Below, one piece after another: positions 61,963-64,000 of a DNA stretch of 64,000 nt. Below the pieces are notes generated by a model that saw only the letters and a list, made by a program, of their open reading frames with translations, was not told the origin of the DNA and did not search any database. Numbering within the stretch: position 1 is the first letter of the stretch; every line of letters begins with the position of its first letter. This stretch comes from Podarcis muralis (lineage: Eukaryota), in the NCBI RefSeq assembly GCF_964188315.1, contig NC_135665.1, positions 27,404,001 to 27,468,000 on the forward strand, given 5' to 3'. Made by a program: the position numbers and the translations under genes.

Positions 61963-64000
61963 CACACATTGCAGGAACTGAGAATATTACTGTCAATGGA
62001 CTGTTTCTCTTAGAGGCACGACTAAACCCAGAAAGGCTACAAGGTAACAGTACCTAGAGATACTTACTTGATTTGCTTTACTTCACTGTGCCATTGCATT
62101 CAGTATGGTAATATGCCACAGATAAAGTGGAAGAGCACAGCCCAAAATACTCAGGAGATAGGCCACTGCCCATTCTGTTGTATTAAGGGATAAAAAGAGC
62201 TTGATCTATAATTTTGCTTGCCAGTCAAGAAACAGGGTTAGAGCTATGCATGATTATTCCCTGTGATGTAGGGAGCTATTAAGGCCACCCTTCAGCGACC
62301 ACAGATGGCCTCTCTAAGAGAATCCAGTCCCACCTATCACAGTTCTCAAAGCATCAACTGATGCACAAGAAAGTTCTAAGCCCTCAAACCAATGACACAG
62401 AAAGAAGAATCACCATTCTGTTAAATATTTCTAAAGACATAAATGTTAAAAGGATTATCAACCTTCACACTTCAGGCCTACGGAAACCGATAAGTAGAGT
62501 TCAGATGGAATTTCCTTCCTCGGCAATGCTATTATATCACTGTCAATTACGGAAGATTTACACTTTCCTGTGAAGCATCTGGCTCTGGTCACCGCTTGAG
62601 ATGGTATTGCAGTCTGAATGAAGGATCTGTGTGATGCATTCGGCCAAGCCATGTGCTCTTGTGTGCCTGGAGATTTACCAGCTGATTTTTCACAGTACAC
62701 ACAGCTGAGCACACACAGCTTGCATTCATTTCAGGTTTTAAAAAAATACTGACCTAAAATTACGGATGGTGATCTTCACTGTATGTCAGTGACACCTAGC
62801 AATAACTCTGCAGATCCACAAATCCAAACATTTAAGATGGGAGGAGTTCCTGTGCTGGTGGATTTTGAAATGCAGGTCTTTCCTATACAAAATCGGATAA
62901 GTGCAGCATTCAAAGAAACAGAAAACACATAGACATCTGTGGGAATCAAATGACATTCCATGTGTCAATGTAACTTTTAGCAAATCTGGGGTTATGAGGA
63001 GATTATAACACCCCTTGGCCTGTAAACTCACAACTTTTCTTCCTTCTTACATAATACTAATTACAGCCACAGCACAAAGATAATTTACAAATCTTTTTTA
63101 AAAAACAAAACCATGATGTGCTCATTTTTGTAATCTATCCTGAAAGGGCAGTATATAAAAATGTATTTAACTTTTGAAAAAAAAGAAAAAAGCCTTAATC
63201 AGCCTAACAACAGTTTTTGCAAAAGAAGCCTGTGTTTCTAACATTCTAATAATGATTATTTCAGAACAGTGGTGTGTGAAAATAAGGATAATTAACCTGA
63301 AATCGAATTTCTCTTCACTGGTTTCTTTCTTTCTCTTTTCGAGCACTGTGATGGGTGGCGAGGGGCGGGGGGAATAGCCAGTTTTCCTCTGTAGCATGAA
63401 TTACTGTTCTAAAGCAAGGCTTGAAACTCCATGATTTAGGAGCTTTCTCCTGAAACTCCACTCTTAAAGCTTTTTTTTAAAAAAAATTAGTTTTGCAGGC
63501 TTTAGCTGATTTCCCTGTGGAGCTTTTATGCAAGATTCAGGCTGCACTTGGTCTACCTATGGCAATCTAGCGGGAAGAATTCTTTATATAGTCGTGAAGC
63601 ATAATGGCACTGAGTGGGAAAGGGAAATGAATAAGGACTAAAATCAAACCTAGGTACCACATAGTGAAAACCCAGATAGGATGTCACACCGGCTGGCTTT
63701 TAAATGCTGTGCAGAAAATGATGCTTTTTGTTCAAGATGCAGCTGATTAATTGTAGCAATGGAAAGCAAACCCTGCAGGGGACAGAAACAGTTACACTAG
63801 AAAGCAGAGACAGCTCAGTTGCAGTGTCTGGGTTATTAAAGCTTCATCTTTGTTCAGGGTGATTGGATACAGGATTTGGTTGGAAGAAGCAAGTCTTCAT
63901 GCTAATTCAAATTAATCCCACTGAAATTTGGTGACAGACATTTTTTGTCTCACAAGTCATCATTTCAGTGCCTCCTGCTGCCAACCATTGTATCTTCTAA

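Noticed and set aside
62281-62712. Overlapping ~85-96-codon open frames on both strands with several CpGs
   Set aside because: No recognisable motif, no clear splice boundaries, and lengths are within chance expectation for a 64-kb window
63501-63572. F-box-like peptide ALADFPVELLCKI after an AG acceptor
   Set aside because: The resemblance is brief, the frame stops after about 23 codons, and there is no convincing donor

Overview
Vertebrate genomic DNA, almost certainly from a lacertid lizard. This is inferred from the repeat content: Sauria SINEs of the Podarcis-like type, a Squam3-like SINE, and Bov-B, CR1, L2 and L1 fragments. The window looks intronic or intergenic, and I could not confidently recognise any host protein-coding gene. 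The long ORFs in the track are transposon-derived or spurious; a few splice-signal-bounded candidate exons are listed at low confidence. Most of the window is a mosaic of mobile elements, many with target-site duplications (TSDs) readable directly: 7 Sauria SINEs, 3 Bov-B 3' fragments, several CR1/L2/L1 fragments, 7 TA-flanked Tc1/mariner-type MITEs, several hAT-type MITEs with 8-bp TSDs, and two solo LTRs with 5-bp TSDs. The most notable observations are: (i) a 632-bp solo LTR that is stop-free in one frame end to end and carries an RRSAxL motif; (ii) a Bov-B fragment inserted in frame into a CR1 ORF2, giving a 223-aa chimeric ORF; (iii) several SINE/LINE partner pairs visible side by side; and (iv) nested and rearranged MITEs. 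There is no CRISPR, rRNA or true tRNA gene, and no evidence for a prokaryote-type system.
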